The position numbers and the translations under genes are program-made. A DNA stretch of 64,000 nt from an uncultured Gammaproteobacteria bacterium. GTDB taxonomy: Bacteria > Patescibacteriota > Patescibacteriia > Patescibacteriales > GWE2-39-37. Under the pieces are notes generated by a model. The model made no database searches and had not been told where the DNA came from. It saw nothing but the letters and a program-made list of their open reading frames with translations. Of this stretch, positions 1 through 9,654 are shown in pieces (positions within the stretch are counted from its first letter, which is position 1; each line of letters begins with the position of its first letter). The stretch is taken from assembly GCA_964443495.1 (NCBI GenBank), contig CAYUCS010000001.1, positions 75,542 through 139,541 of the forward strand, read 5' to 3'.

Positions 1-2157
1 AATCAGCGATTGATAGATAAGCTCGATGGCAAGCCGGCAGAGCCAGGTTCGACTGCGGAACGTGCCAGATTCGATAATAGGACCGCCCCGACCGCCCCTG
101 AGATGGTAAAAGATGCGACATCGGGCCATGCCGGTACGGCGGGGCAGGCCGAAAGCCCCGTGACTGCGCCCGAACAGACAACATCAGCCGGCCCGAAGAA
201 CCCTTCGCCAGAACAGGCCGCACCAGCCAGGCCGATTACGACAGAGCGCACGGCCAGGACCGTGCCAGTTGAGCATGTGCCGCCAGCCAAAGAGGCCGCC
301 GCCTTCGATCGGAGCAAGAATTTTACCGAGGAGGCCGTGGTGCACAAAGGCGATGGCGTTGTCAGGGTGCTAAAGCGCCAGATCATTGAGAGTCCGGAGG
401 AATTCGGTTTCAAAGGCAATATCGATGATGCTGCTGCCGTTGCCAAGTACGCTTCCAAGACTGCTGAAAAAGTCGCTGCCGAAACCGGTTATTGGAACCG
501 TGAGACCGGCGAAGAAGTCCGCTTGAGCACCAAGTCTATCGGTCGGGCAGCTTATGTCCTTGAGCGCAAAGGTGACGGCAAGTTCGAGGTGCACGAGCAT
601 TTCAATAGCAAGTCAGGCCAGGAGTGGTTCCAAAAAGAGGAAACCCACGGTAGCGGCTCGGTCTTCGAGGGTGACAAGCATGAAAGCTACGAATACATAC
701 ATAAGGCAAGCGCGGCTAGCCGCATCGGCGAGGGCGGCGGCTCCCGCCCTGAAAAGCTGCCGCCAGAACTGCAAGAATTGCTCGACCAGACGGCCAGCGA
801 TAAAACCGAGAGAAATGAATTGGCCGTCGATCCCCATGGTATTGAAAGCGAGGCGGTCAAGCTTTCCCGGGAAAGGTTCGCAGAGCTGGCATCAGTGGTC
901 GGCAAGGATAGTGAAGGGAATCTGTTGATCAAGGAAACGGAAATTGCCAAAGTCGTCGATTATCATGACGGCATCTCTAATGACGAAAAGGCTAAGCTGG
1001 TTTTTTGGAAAGAACATGCCAAGGAGTTGCCGACCGGCGGACGCGCTAAAGAGTTTTTTAATATGGTGGACCGCGCGTTCGCTGATAAGTCGAAAATAGA
1101 ATACAACAGCCATTTGCTCAAGGCGTATGGACAGATGCCAGAGGACATGAAGTCTCTGCCTGGACGAGCGGTGGGTTATCTCAAGGTGTTCGGCGGTGCC
1201 GGTTATGCCGACATGGCCAGGGATGGAGTCAAGGACATGATCGGCCTGGGGCATCTCAAGGATCTGGATTTCAAGTTGAGCATGCGCAATGATGGTGTCG
1301 TCATTGCCGAGAATATAAAATTGCCAGGTGCGGCCAGGGCGGTCGATGTCTATATCAGCCATGACAAAATCGGCATGATGCAGCCTAACAGCTTTTTCGG
1401 CCTCGGACGCTGGGATTTCTGGAAAGGCGAGCTCGGCGTCAGCAAGGGGCAGCCGACACTGGAGATGGACTCGAAGAATCTGAGGCAGCTGACTCATAAC
1501 ATCAGGAATATCGATAATCTTAACACGTTGAACGAACGGCGTTTCACAGCCGGTGCGGACTCTTACCCTCAGTCAGAAAAGGAAGTGAAAATGATAGACA
1601 ATGAGCCGGAAGAACAGCAAGTCGCGGTAACCCCCGGAAAAGAAGCAGTGATTCCGGCAGAGCCAGAATTTACGAAAGAAGACAGAGAAGCCGTCGTGCC
1701 TGATCACAGCGGCAGCCAGCAGATTGAGGGTGAACATCTCGAGCGGCCCAAAGCACCAGCCAAGGATCTTCGCCTAAGCGACATCCAGCGTCCACGGCTT
1801 GGCGCCGAGAGGCTGAAGCAGTTAGATTTTGTGATGAAGGGCGGCAATATCAGCGGTATCATCAAACTTAATAATAATGAGATTACCCAATATCTTGAAA
1901 CTCGAGGGGTTAAAATCGGCGGAGTAGAGCAGAAGAATCTGGCAGTCGTCTTGGAGAGGCTCAGAAATGCCCGCAATTTGACCGGCATCGAATCTCAGCA
2001 TGCAAAAACGCTCGCCAATATCATTACCATCAAGATGCGCGATCTTGCTAGCCAGAACGAAACCATCAGAACGGAAGCAGCGGAAAAGTTGCAGCAGTTG
2101 CTCGGAGGTCATTACCAGGAATCATCTAAACTTTTTGTCAGCGGTGCCCGCAAATAA
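1..2157 (+). CDS. hypothetical protein, 5' partial (the reading frame is open from base 1; no domain recognised)
   Basis: Long ORF in frame 1 with no in-frame stop before the window edge. Coding-like composition. No recognisable catalytic motif. Confidence 0.5.
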   Translation, partial: NQRLIDKLDGKPAEPGSTAERARFDNRTAPTAPEMVKDATSGHAGTAGQAESPVTAPEQTTSAGPKNPSPEQAAPARPITTERTARTVPVEHVPPAKEAAAFDRSKNFTEEAVVHKGDGVVRVLKRQIIESPEEFGFKGNIDDAAAVAKYASKTAEKVAAETGYWNRETGEEVRLSTKSIGRAAYVLERKGDGKFEVHEHFNSKSGQEWFQKEETHGSGSVFEGDKHESYEYIHKASAASRIGEGGGSRPEKLPPELQELLDQTASDKTERNELAVDPHGIESEAVKLSRERFAELASVVGKDSEGNLLIKETEIAKVVDYHDGISNDEKAKLVFWKEHAKELPTGGRAKEFFNMVDRAFADKSKIEYNSHLLKAYGQMPEDMKSLPGRAVGYLKVFGGAGYADMARDGVKDMIGLGHLKDLDFKLSMRNDGVVIAENIKLPGAARAVDVYISHDKIGMMQPNSFFGLGRWDFWKGELGVSKGQPTLEMDSKNLRQLTHNIRNIDNLNTLNERRFTAGADSYPQSEKEVKMIDNEPEEQQVAVTPGKEAVIPAEPEFTKEDREAVVPDHSGSQQIEGEHLERPKAPAKDLRLSDIQRPRLGAERLKQLDFVMKGGNISGIIKLNNNEITQYLETRGVKIGGVEQKNLAVVLERLRNARNLTGIESQHAKTLANIITIKMRDLASQNETIRTEAAEKLQQLLGGHYQESSKLFVSGARK

Positions 2158-2326
2158 CCGGACTTTTAGCTATCAAGAAGGCTTATTCGGTGAAAAAATC
2201 CTTGATTTATTAGGCTACTTCTAGTAAAATAGAAGTAGTTTTATTTTGTTTAAATTAAGCCATTTTTAGCGGTTTTTGTCCAGTTTGTCGCTGGTGGGAT
2301 TTTGCTAAAATTAGCATTGAGAAATT

Positions 2327-2971
2327 ATGTATATCACTTGGTTGGGACAGTCATGCTTCAAAATTCAGGACAAGACAGGCGCTGATGGCGTGACCCTGAT
2401 CACTGATCCGTTCGGCAGCCAGTTCGGGCTGAAGGTGCCAAAATTGGAAGCGGACATCCTGACGATTTCCCATGATCACCCGGATCACAATAACAAGGAT
2501 GCCGTCAAGGGCAATCCTTACCTTATTAGTACGGCCGGAGAGTTTGAAATCAAGAATGTCGCGGTCGAGGGGGTTGAGTCATTCCATGATGACAAAAAAA
2601 ACGCAGATAGTGTCAAGAATATAATTTTCCGCATCGACATCGATGATATAGTCGTGGTGCACTTAGGCGACCTGGGCCAGGCCTTGGAGCCGAAACAGCT
2701 CGAAAGCTTGGTCGGTGCCGACATATTGCTGATCCCGGTCGGCGGGAAATATACGCTTGATGCGAAAAAGGCCGTCGAAGTTGTCAGCCAGATCGAGCCG
2801 AGAGTCGTCATTCCGATGCATTACCATGTGCCGGGATTGAAAGTCGATATCGAGGGCGTAGATAAATTCGTCAAGGAACTTGGCATCAAGCCGCGCTACG
2901 AGGAAAAGCTGAAAATCAGCAAGAAAGATCTGCCGCAGGAAGAGATGGAACTGATAATTTTAAACCTGTAG
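2327..2971 (+). CDS. MBL-fold metal-dependent hydrolase (UPF0173-like)
   Basis: ISHDHPDHNN metal-binding motif, about 214 aa, and a later HYHV..G motif typical of small beta-lactamase-fold hydrolases. Confidence 0.7.
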   Translation: MYITWLGQSCFKIQDKTGADGVTLITDPFGSQFGLKVPKLEADILTISHDHPDHNNKDAVKGNPYLISTAGEFEIKNVAVEGVESFHDDKKNADSVKNIIFRIDIDDIVVVHLGDLGQALEPKQLESLVGADILLIPVGGKYTLDAKKAVEVVSQIEPRVVIPMHYHVPGLKVDIEGVDKFVKELGIKPRYEEKLKISKKDLPQEEMELIILNL

Positions 2972-3069
2972 TTTAAAATTAATTTTCAATTGAAGTTGAA
3001 TAAAGAGAAAATCAATAAATATTTAAAATAAAACGATTTTCAACAAGTAAATTTTCCGACCTCCATGTT

Positions 3070-3099
3070 TGAAAATTGAAAATTGAAAATTGAAAATTG
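3070..3099. repeat. Tandem heptamer array (TGAAAAT)x4 immediately upstream of the 3106 start
   Basis: Direct reading: tgaaaat tgaaaat tgaaaat tgaaaat tg. Confidence 0.9.
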
Positions 3100-3105
3100 T
3101 TACGT

Positions 3106-3798
3106 ATGCCAAGGAGGAAAAAAGCAGCGGCATCGACCGATGCTGCGTCCAGTTCTGTAAAACCGGAAAAGAAAAAGAAGCGGGTAGGAGTAGCCGTGCG
3201 CGTCCTCAAGGAAAAGTCCAAACCGGCCGTAAAGGCGGTTCCGCCTGTTGCCGATGCAGCTGCTCCCGCAGTTGTCGCAACCCAGCCCGCAGTTTCCGCC
3301 GCTCCAGTCGCGCCCCCAGTCGAGCTCGCCCCGGCCCCAGTCAAGCCGCTCCCCCAGGAGCCGGCGCCGCTCCAGCCGCAAACAGCGAGCGAAAAGCCAA
3401 GCAGGCCTTATTCTGACAAGGAGAAAGCGATGATCATGTGGACCGCAGTGATTTTTATCATGATAATGGTTTTCGGCTTGTGGTTCATGAGCATCAAACT
3501 GCAGCTGCAGAGCGAGTCGGTCAAGCAGCCTGCCAACGAATTCGATTTCAAGAAAGTGAGCGAGGATATTTCCAGCGCCATGCGTGAAGCGAATGAAAGC
3601 CTGAGGCAGCTGGCTTCGACAACGCCGACCAGTACGCCAGAAACCGCCACGTCGACTGTCGATGCCATCATGGCTTCCTCCACTGGGGTTATAGCGACAA
3701 CGACCTCGCTTGATGAAGCGGCGATACAGAATACCATCAAAGAGCTAGAGGCGCAGATTAATCGCGCCACCACCACAGCAACTTCGACCGCAAGATAA
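3106..3798 (+). CDS. Pro/Ala-rich membrane-anchored hypothetical protein
   Basis: ATG at 3106 in the frame of the 3097 ORF. Low-complexity PAVAPP region followed by one TM helix (IMWTAVIFIMIMVFGLWFM) and a Thr/Ser-rich tail. Confidence 0.45.
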   Translation: MPRRKKAAASTDAASSSVKPEKKKKRVGVAVRVLKEKSKPAVKAVPPVADAAAPAVVATQPAVSAAPVAPPVELAPAPVKPLPQEPAPLQPQTASEKPSRPYSDKEKAMIMWTAVIFIMIMVFGLWFMSIKLQLQSESVKQPANEFDFKKVSEDISSAMREANESLRQLASTTPTSTPETATSTVDAIMASSTGVIATTTSLDEAAIQNTIKELEAQINRATTTATSTAR

Positions 3799-3870
3799 GA
3801 ACAGTTAAATAGAGTGCAAACCGGCCCATGGATTGCTCCTGCCGGTTTTGCCGTTTAAGAAGATATTACT

Positions 3871-6417
3871 ATGGCCAAACAAGCCAAACCTAAAAGCCCC
3901 CAAGAAGAAGAGGTTAATGAGCCGAATAAGGAGGGCAAGGAAGTCAAGCTTATCAATGACCAGGCCATGACCGCCTGGGGTATCGTCGAGCCGCAACCGA
4001 TCGTCGAGGAGATGCGCAAATCATACTTGGATTACGCCATGAGCGTAATCGTTTCGCGCGCCTTGCCTGATGTCCGTGACGGCTTGAAGCCGGTCCATCG
4101 GCGCATCCTGTACGCCATGTGGTCTATCGGCCTCCGTTCCAATGCTAAGTTCCGCAAATCCGCCACCGTCGTCGGTGAAGTTTTGGGCAAATACCACCCG
4201 CACGGCGACACCGCGGTGTATGATTCGATGGTTCGAATGGCCCAAGACTTTTCCATGCGCTATCCATTGGTCAGGGGACAAGGCAACTTCGGTTCCATTG
4301 ACGGAGATAGCCCTGCCGCTATGCGTTACACTGAGGCAAAACTGGCATCAATCGCGGAAGAATTGATTTTCGATATCGATAAGGACACCGTCAATTTCGT
4401 ACCGAATTACGATGGCTCGCAGAAAGAGCCGCGCGTGATGCCGGCCAAGCTGCCGCAGCTGCTCCTGAACGGCACTATGGGCATCGCTGTCGGCATGTCT
4501 ACCAACATACCGCCGCACAATCTGACCGAGTTGGTCAACGGCATTAATCATTTAATAGATAATCCCGATGCTACGGTCGAAGAGCTGATGCAGTTCATTA
4601 CCGGCCCTGATTTTCCGACCGGCGGCGTCATTTACAACAAGCAGGACATCCTTCAGGCTTATGCGACCGGCAAGGGCGGCATCGTCATGCGCGGCAAGGC
4701 TGAGATCGTCGAGAACAAGGCGGGCAATTTCCAGATCGTCATCACGGAAATTCCTTATCAGGTCAACAAGGCAACATTGGTGGAGAAGATCGCCGATTTG
4801 GTCAAATTGAAGAAGCTTGAGGGCATCAAGGACCTGCGCGACGAATCCGATCGCGAAGGCGTCCGCGTAGTCTTGGATTTGAAGAAAGAGGCTTATCCGA
4901 AAAAGATTTTGAACGCCCTGTTCAAGCTGACCCAGCTGCAGGAAAAATTCCACGTCAATATGCTGGCGCTAGTCGATGGCATCCAGCCCAAGGTGCTGAC
5001 CTTGAAGATGGTGTTGGAAGAATACATCAAGCATCGCGCCGACGTGATCCGCCGCCGCACCCAATTCGAGCTCGACAAAGCCAAGGATCGCGCCCACATC
5101 TTGGAAGGCTTGATGATCGCTTTGCACAATATTGATGCCATCATCAAAACCATCAAGGAGTCGAAGGACCGTGATATCGCCAAGGAAAACTTGATCAAGA
5201 AGTTCAAGCTGACCGAGCGCCAAGCCATCGCTATCTTGGAGATGCGCCTCGCCCAGCTGGCCAATTTGGAACGCATCAGGATCGAGCAGGAATTGAAGGA
5301 CAAGCTGAAGTTGATAAAGGAATTGGAAGGAATATTGAAGTCCCCGGAAAAGATCCGCACCATCATCAAGGATGAAACCAGCGCGCTTTTGGATAAGTTC
5401 GGCGATGAGCGCCGCACTCGGGTCGTCGAGCATGCGATCGGCGATTTTTCAGTCGAGGACCTGGTTCCTAACGAGCAGGCAGTGGTCGTCATGACCCGCG
5501 ACGGCTATATCAAGCGCGTTTCGCCGGAAACCTTCAAGGTCCAGGGGCGCGGCGGCAAGGGCGTTATCGGCGCGACGACCAAAGAGGAGGACATGGTCGA
5601 ATTCATGTTCACTATCATGACTCATTCCGACGTACTGTTCTTTACCACCAAGGGCCGCGTTTTCCAGCTCAAAGGCTACGACGTGCCGGTGGCTTCACGC
5701 ACGGCCAAGGGCAACGCCATCGTCAATTTCTTGCAGCTGGCCAGTGACGAGAAGGTGACTTCCGTCTTGCCGCTCGACAAGATCGCTGATAAGAAGTTTT
5801 TATTTTTCGCCACCGAGAAAGGCTTGGTCAAGAAGACCGACCTGCACGCTTTCGATAACGTGCGCCGCAGCGGCTTGATTGCCATCAAGATAAAAGAGGA
5901 TGACAAGCTGATCTGGGTCAAGCCGACCAGCGGCAAGGATCAGATCCAGCTGATTACCGCCGAGGGGCAAGCCATCCGCTTCGAAGAGACCGATGTCCGT
6001 GACATGGGCAGGGGAGCCGCCGGCGTTTTCGGCATGCGCCTCAAGAAGACCGATGCCATTGTCGGCATGGGCGTCATCGGGACCGACAAGGAAAAGGTCA
6101 AGCGTTCCCAGGTCCTGACCATCATGGCTCACGGTTTCGGCAAACGGACCGAGCTCGGCCTTTATAAAGTACAGGGCCGCGGCGGGTCAGGCATCCGTAC
6201 AGCCAAGGTTACTGACAAGACCGGCAAACTGGTTAACGCTTTCGTCTTGGACAGCGAGGTTATGAATGACCGCGACTTGGTCGTGATATCGGAAAAGGGC
6301 CAGGTCATCAGGCTTCCGTACAAGAGCGTGCCGGAGCTCGGACGCGACACCCAGGGCGTCCGCCTGATGCGCCTGAAGGAAGGCGGCGATGAAGTCGCCA
6401 GCGTTACTTGGATATAA
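3871..6417 (+). CDS. gyrA: DNA gyrase subunit A
   Basis: [36 protein letters not shown], and C-terminal beta-pinwheel repeats (QGRGGKG). 848 aa. Confidence 0.95.
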   Translation: MAKQAKPKSPQEEEVNEPNKEGKEVKLINDQAMTAWGIVEPQPIVEEMRKSYLDYAMSVIVSRALPDVRDGLKPVHRRILYAMWSIGLRSNAKFRKSATVVGEVLGKYHPHGDTAVYDSMVRMAQDFSMRYPLVRGQGNFGSIDGDSPAAMRYTEAKLASIAEELIFDIDKDTVNFVPNYDGSQKEPRVMPAKLPQLLLNGTMGIAVGMSTNIPPHNLTELVNGINHLIDNPDATVEELMQFITGPDFPTGGVIYNKQDILQAYATGKGGIVMRGKAEIVENKAGNFQIVITEIPYQVNKATLVEKIADLVKLKKLEGIKDLRDESDREGVRVVLDLKKEAYPKKILNALFKLTQLQEKFHVNMLALVDGIQPKVLTLKMVLEEYIKHRADVIRRRTQFELDKAKDRAHILEGLMIALHNIDAIIKTIKESKDRDIAKENLIKKFKLTERQAIAILEMRLAQLANLERIRIEQELKDKLKLIKELEGILKSPEKIRTIIKDETSALLDKFGDERRTRVVEHAIGDFSVEDLVPNEQAVVVMTRDGYIKRVSPETFKVQGRGGKGVIGATTKEEDMVEFMFTIMTHSDVLFFTTKGRVFQLKGYDVPVASRTAKGNAIVNFLQLASDEKVTSVLPLDKIADKKFLFFATEKGLVKKTDLHAFDNVRRSGLIAIKIKEDDKLIWVKPTSGKDQIQLITAEGQAIRFEETDVRDMGRGAAGVFGMRLKKTDAIVGMGVIGTDKEKVKRSQVLTIMAHGFGKRTELGLYKVQGRGGSGIRTAKVTDKTGKLVNAFVLDSEVMNDRDLVVISEKGQVIRLPYKSVPELGRDTQGVRLMRLKEGGDEVASVTWI

Positions 6418-6446
6418 TCGAATTAATTAAAATAAATTATTTTTTT

Positions 6447-7439
6447 ATGAAAAAAATAATCATGCTTTCCTTGGCGGTCGTGCTCATTGCAACCGGCTGT
6501 TCCCTGGGCGGCAAAAAGCAGGTTGTGCTCAAGCCGAATGAGGCTCAAGCCAAGGCCGAGAAGTTCATCAACGAAATCCTTTTGGGCGGCCAGCAGAAGG
6601 CGACCCTGAACAATTTCGCTCTTGATGCCGATACTGACATGTATAAATTCGAAGTTGCCATTCCTGGCAACGACAAGCCGATCGAGGCCTATCTTACCAA
6701 GGACGGCAAGACTTTTTTCCCGCAGTCACTTAACCTCGAAGAAATAGAGAAGCAGGCCGCCGGCCAGGGTGGCGACCAAAGCACGCCTGAACAGAAGAAG
6801 CCGGCTGCTGCCGCTCCGAAGTCTGACAAGCCTAAGGTCGAGCTGTTCGTTATGAGCTATTGCCCATACGGCACCCAGATCGAGAAAGGCATCGTGCCCG
6901 TAGTCGAGAAGCTGGGCGAAGCGATCGACTTCAAGTTGAAGTTCGTCAATTATGCCATGCACGACGAAAAAGAAATTAAGGAAAACCTGCTGCAATATTG
7001 CATCGACAAAGAAGACAACTCCAAGCTGCTGCCCTATCTCAAGTGCTTCCTCAAGAGCGACGAATCGGCTAAGTGCTTGACCGAAGCCAAGGTCAACACC
7101 GGCAAGGTCAACGCATGCGTCAAGTCTTCTGACGAGAAATTCCAGGTCACTGAAAAATATAAGAACAAGGAAGGCTGGACCGGCCAGTTCCCACCATTCG
7201 ATGTGCATAAAGCTGACAATGAGAAGTACGGCGTCCAAGGCTCCCCGACATTGGTCATCAACGGCGAGCAAGTCTCTTCTGGCCGGTCATCATCGGCACT
7301 GCTGAAGACTATCTGCTCGGCTTTCAACAAAGCTCCGGCAGCCTGCTCGACCGAACTGTCTTCGGCTGAACCAGCTCCTGGTTTCGGCGACGGCACTACT
7401 CAGGGAGGCAGCACCGGCGCAGCCGGCTGCGGCCAGTAA
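6447..7439 (+). CDS. Lipoprotein with a thioredoxin/glutaredoxin-like domain (monothiol CPYG motif)
   Basis: ATG at 6447 gives the signal peptide MKKIIMLSLAVVLIATGC (lipobox). ELFVMSYCPYGTQ lies in a Trx-like context. Lys-rich linker. Confidence 0.6.
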   Translation: MKKIIMLSLAVVLIATGCSLGGKKQVVLKPNEAQAKAEKFINEILLGGQQKATLNNFALDADTDMYKFEVAIPGNDKPIEAYLTKDGKTFFPQSLNLEEIEKQAAGQGGDQSTPEQKKPAAAAPKSDKPKVELFVMSYCPYGTQIEKGIVPVVEKLGEAIDFKLKFVNYAMHDEKEIKENLLQYCIDKEDNSKLLPYLKCFLKSDESAKCLTEAKVNTGKVNACVKSSDEKFQVTEKYKNKEGWTGQFPPFDVHKADNEKYGVQGSPTLVINGEQVSSGRSSSALLKTICSAFNKAPAACSTELSSAEPAPGFGDGTTQGGSTGAAGCGQ

Positions 7440-7463
7440 TCATTAGTTGAGCGTAATAGTGAA

Positions 7464-7487
7464 CGGGCAAGGAGAGATCCTTGCCCG
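7464..7487 (+). terminator. 10-bp perfect stem with GAGA (GNRA) loop between the lipoprotein gene and the next CDS
   Basis: cgggcaagga GAGA tccttgcccg, followed only by ttt. A hairpin is certain; terminator function is uncertain. Confidence 0.35.
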
Positions 7488-7500
7488 TTTGCGTAAATAT

Positions 7501-8211
7501 ATGGCGTTAGTATTCGATATCGAAACCGTCGGAGCTGATTTTGATCAGCTTGATAAGACGACACAGGAACAATTGACGCGCTGGATCAGGCGCGAGGCTG
7601 GGGAAAATCAGGCTCAGTACGATGCCTTGATGGCTGAAATGAAGGACGGGCTAGGCTTCTCCCCGCTGACCGGCGAAATCGTGGCGCTGGGAATATACGA
7701 CACGGACAAAAATCGCGGTGTCGTTTATTTCCAGTCGCCCGAGCTCGAGCTTAAGGATTATCAGGAGGAAAATTTTACCTTTAAGCCGCGTACCGAAGCC
7801 GAAATGCTGCAAGCCTTCTGGACTGGCGCCCGCCATTATCATGAGTTCATCAGTTTCAACGGCAGGGCTTTCGACGTCCCGTTCATGCAGATCCGTTCGG
7901 CCGTCCATCGGATCAGGCCCACGGCCGACCTGCTGTCGAATCGCTACCTGTCCAGCCAGGCGCGCGAGCATAAGCATATCGACTTGATGGATCAGCTGTC
8001 GTTTTACGGCGCGGTCCGGCGCAAGAACAGCCTGCATCTGTATTGCCAAGCTTTCGGCATCTCGAGTCCCAAGGCGAACGGCATTTCCGGGGAAGAAGTC
8101 GGCCGTTTCTTCAAGGAGCGCCGCTATCAGGATATCGCCGAGTATAACAGCTGGGATTTGATCGCTACGGCCGAACTGTATAAAATTTGGCAGGATTATA
8201 TCCGATTTTGA
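7501..8211 (+). CDS. Predicted 3'-5' exonuclease, RNase H-like (PolB-exonuclease-related family)
   Basis: N-terminal LVFDIETVG acidic motif and a later FNGRAFDVPFM motif. The ATG at 7501 follows the hairpin. The 7447 TTG is less likely. Confidence 0.55.
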   Translation: MALVFDIETVGADFDQLDKTTQEQLTRWIRREAGENQAQYDALMAEMKDGLGFSPLTGEIVALGIYDTDKNRGVVYFQSPELELKDYQEENFTFKPRTEAEMLQAFWTGARHYHEFISFNGRAFDVPFMQIRSAVHRIRPTADLLSNRYLSSQAREHKHIDLMDQLSFYGAVRRKNSLHLYCQAFGISSPKANGISGEEVGRFFKERRYQDIAEYNSWDLIATAELYKIWQDYIRF

Positions 8212-8227
8212 CGCCTTCCCGCCTGTA

Positions 8228-8256
8228 TTGACATATACGGCATAATATTGTAAGAT
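8228..8256 (+). promoter_or_regulatory. sigma70-like promoter TTGACA-N17-TAAGAT upstream of rpsA
   Basis: TTGACA at 8228-8233, a 17-nt spacer, TAAGAT at 8251-8256. The identical architecture recurs upstream of rpoB. Confidence 0.4.
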
Positions 8257-8403
8257 AGACCCATCATTAAAAATGAATAGACGCCTATAATAAACTCCCT
8301 GATTTCAGTCCGCCCAAGGCGGAGGAGGCGGTCAGGGAACTTGCTATAAAAAATGCAGGGTAAACCCGATTTTTTTATTGGGCAAGTTGAAAAAAAACAT
8401 ACT

Positions 8404-9612
8404 ATGGCAGATGCAAAAAAGCAGGCTGACCTCGTGGTAACAGCTGAGCAGGCTCCGGAGAACGATGAGTTTGCAGCAATCTTAACTAAAGAAAAGGACG
8501 GCATCCATGTGCCGCAGGTCGGCGAGACCGTCACCGGTTTGGTCGTTTCCGCCTCCAAGGCCGAGGTTCGCTTAGATATTGACGGCACCTTCATCGGTAT
8601 CGTCCGCGGTCGCGAGTTGTATGACGAAGCGCCGGAGTACGCCAGCTTGAAGCCGGGCGACACCATCGAAGCGACCGTCATTGAGGAAGAAAATGAGAAT
8701 GGCAATATCGAATTGTCGTTCCGCTATGCTGGCCAGGAAAAAGCCTGGGCCGGTCTGCGCGATTCATTCGCCAATAAAAGCGTCATCAAGGTACGCGTCA
8801 TCGACGCCAACCGCGGCGGTTTGTTGGCTAGCTTCGGTCAGATTGCCGGTTTCTTGCCGGTATCGCAATTGGCTCCTGAAAACTATCCGCGCGTTTCCGG
8901 CGGAGACAAGAGCCGTATCTTGGAAAAATTGAAATCTTTCGTCGGCAACGAGATCGAAGTCCGCGTCATGACTTTGGACGACAAGGGTGAGAAAATCATC
9001 TTCTCCGAAAAGGAAGCTTGGAACGAGAAGCAGAAGGATGTGATTGCCAAGTACAAGATCGGCACCCGGGTAACCGGTAAGATCACTGCCGTGACCGACT
9101 TCGGTGTCTTCATCAGCTTCGGCGATAACCTGGAAGGCTTGATCCATATTTCCGAGCTCGCTTGGCAGCGTATCGACGATCCAGCCGATCTTTTCAAGAC
9201 CGGCCAGGAAATCGATGCCGAGATCATCAACATTGATGGTTCCAAGATTTTCCTTTCCGCCAAGAAATTGGCCCGCGATCCGTGGGACAATATCAGCGAG
9301 AAATTCAAGGTCGGCGACGTCGTGAAGACCACCATCTTGAAGGTCAATCCGTTCGGCTTGTTCGTTAAGTTGGACGAGGACATCCATGGCTTGGCTCATG
9401 TCAGCCAGTTGGCCTTGGCTCCCGGTCAGAAGATCGAAGAGCTTTACAAGGTCAATGAAGAGGTGGACTTCAAGATCATTTCCATCGAACCGCGCGAGCA
9501 TCGCCTGGGCTTAGCCAATCCGGCAGTCGAAGCGGCTGAAGACAAGGCGGAGAAGAAGGAAAAGAAGGCAAAAGTTGAGAAGAAGGAAGAAGCCGAAGAA
9601 AAAGCCGAATAA
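8404..9612 (+). CDS. rpsA: 30S ribosomal protein S1 (4 S1 domains)
   Basis: Repeated S1-fold signatures (GxxVxGxV...G.G..G..H.SE.). ATG at 8404 (MADAKK). Lys/Glu-rich tail. Confidence 0.85.
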   Translation: MADAKKQADLVVTAEQAPENDEFAAILTKEKDGIHVPQVGETVTGLVVSASKAEVRLDIDGTFIGIVRGRELYDEAPEYASLKPGDTIEATVIEEENENGNIELSFRYAGQEKAWAGLRDSFANKSVIKVRVIDANRGGLLASFGQIAGFLPVSQLAPENYPRVSGGDKSRILEKLKSFVGNEIEVRVMTLDDKGEKIIFSEKEAWNEKQKDVIAKYKIGTRVTGKITAVTDFGVFISFGDNLEGLIHISELAWQRIDDPADLFKTGQEIDAEIINIDGSKIFLSAKKLARDPWDNISEKFKVGDVVKTTILKVNPFGLFVKLDEDIHGLAHVSQLALAPGQKIEELYKVNEEVDFKIISIEPREHRLGLANPAVEAAEDKAEKKEKKAKVEKKEEAEEKAE

Positions 9613-9619
9613 TATAGCA

Positions 9620-9652
9620 AAAAAACACCGGCCGTTCGGCCGGTGTTTTTTT
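9620..9652. terminator. Bidirectional rho-independent terminator between convergent rpsA and uvrB
   Basis: aaaaaa-CACCGGCCG-ttcg-GCCGGTG-ttttttt. A-tract upstream and T-tract downstream. Confidence 0.7.
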
Positions 9653-9654
9653 AT

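Noticed and set aside
3070-3099. Possibility that the heptamer arrays are a CRISPR array
   Set aside because: Units are 7 nt with no spacers. No cas genes and no 25-40-nt repeat periodicity anywhere in the window.
3090-3416. Alternative-frame ORFs (108 aa on the plus strand, 93 aa on the minus strand) overlapping the 3106 gene
   Set aside because: Arg-rich translations typical of an off-frame reading of the GC-rich Pro/Ala segment. The 3106 frame has the TM helix and continues 233 aa.
4893-5492. 199-aa and 154-aa minus-strand ORFs within gyrA
   Set aside because: Overlap a well-supported gyrA CDS on the opposite strand with no independent signals.
6408-6446. Upstream extension of the lipoprotein ORF ([13 protein letters not shown]...) overlapping the gyrA stop
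   Set aside because: The ATG at 6447 yields a canonical signal peptide plus lipobox. The extension is AT-rich spacer read in-frame.
8196-8705. 169-aa minus-strand ORF spanning the rpsA promoter and start
   Set aside because: Crosses a predicted promoter and the S1 N-terminus. No support.
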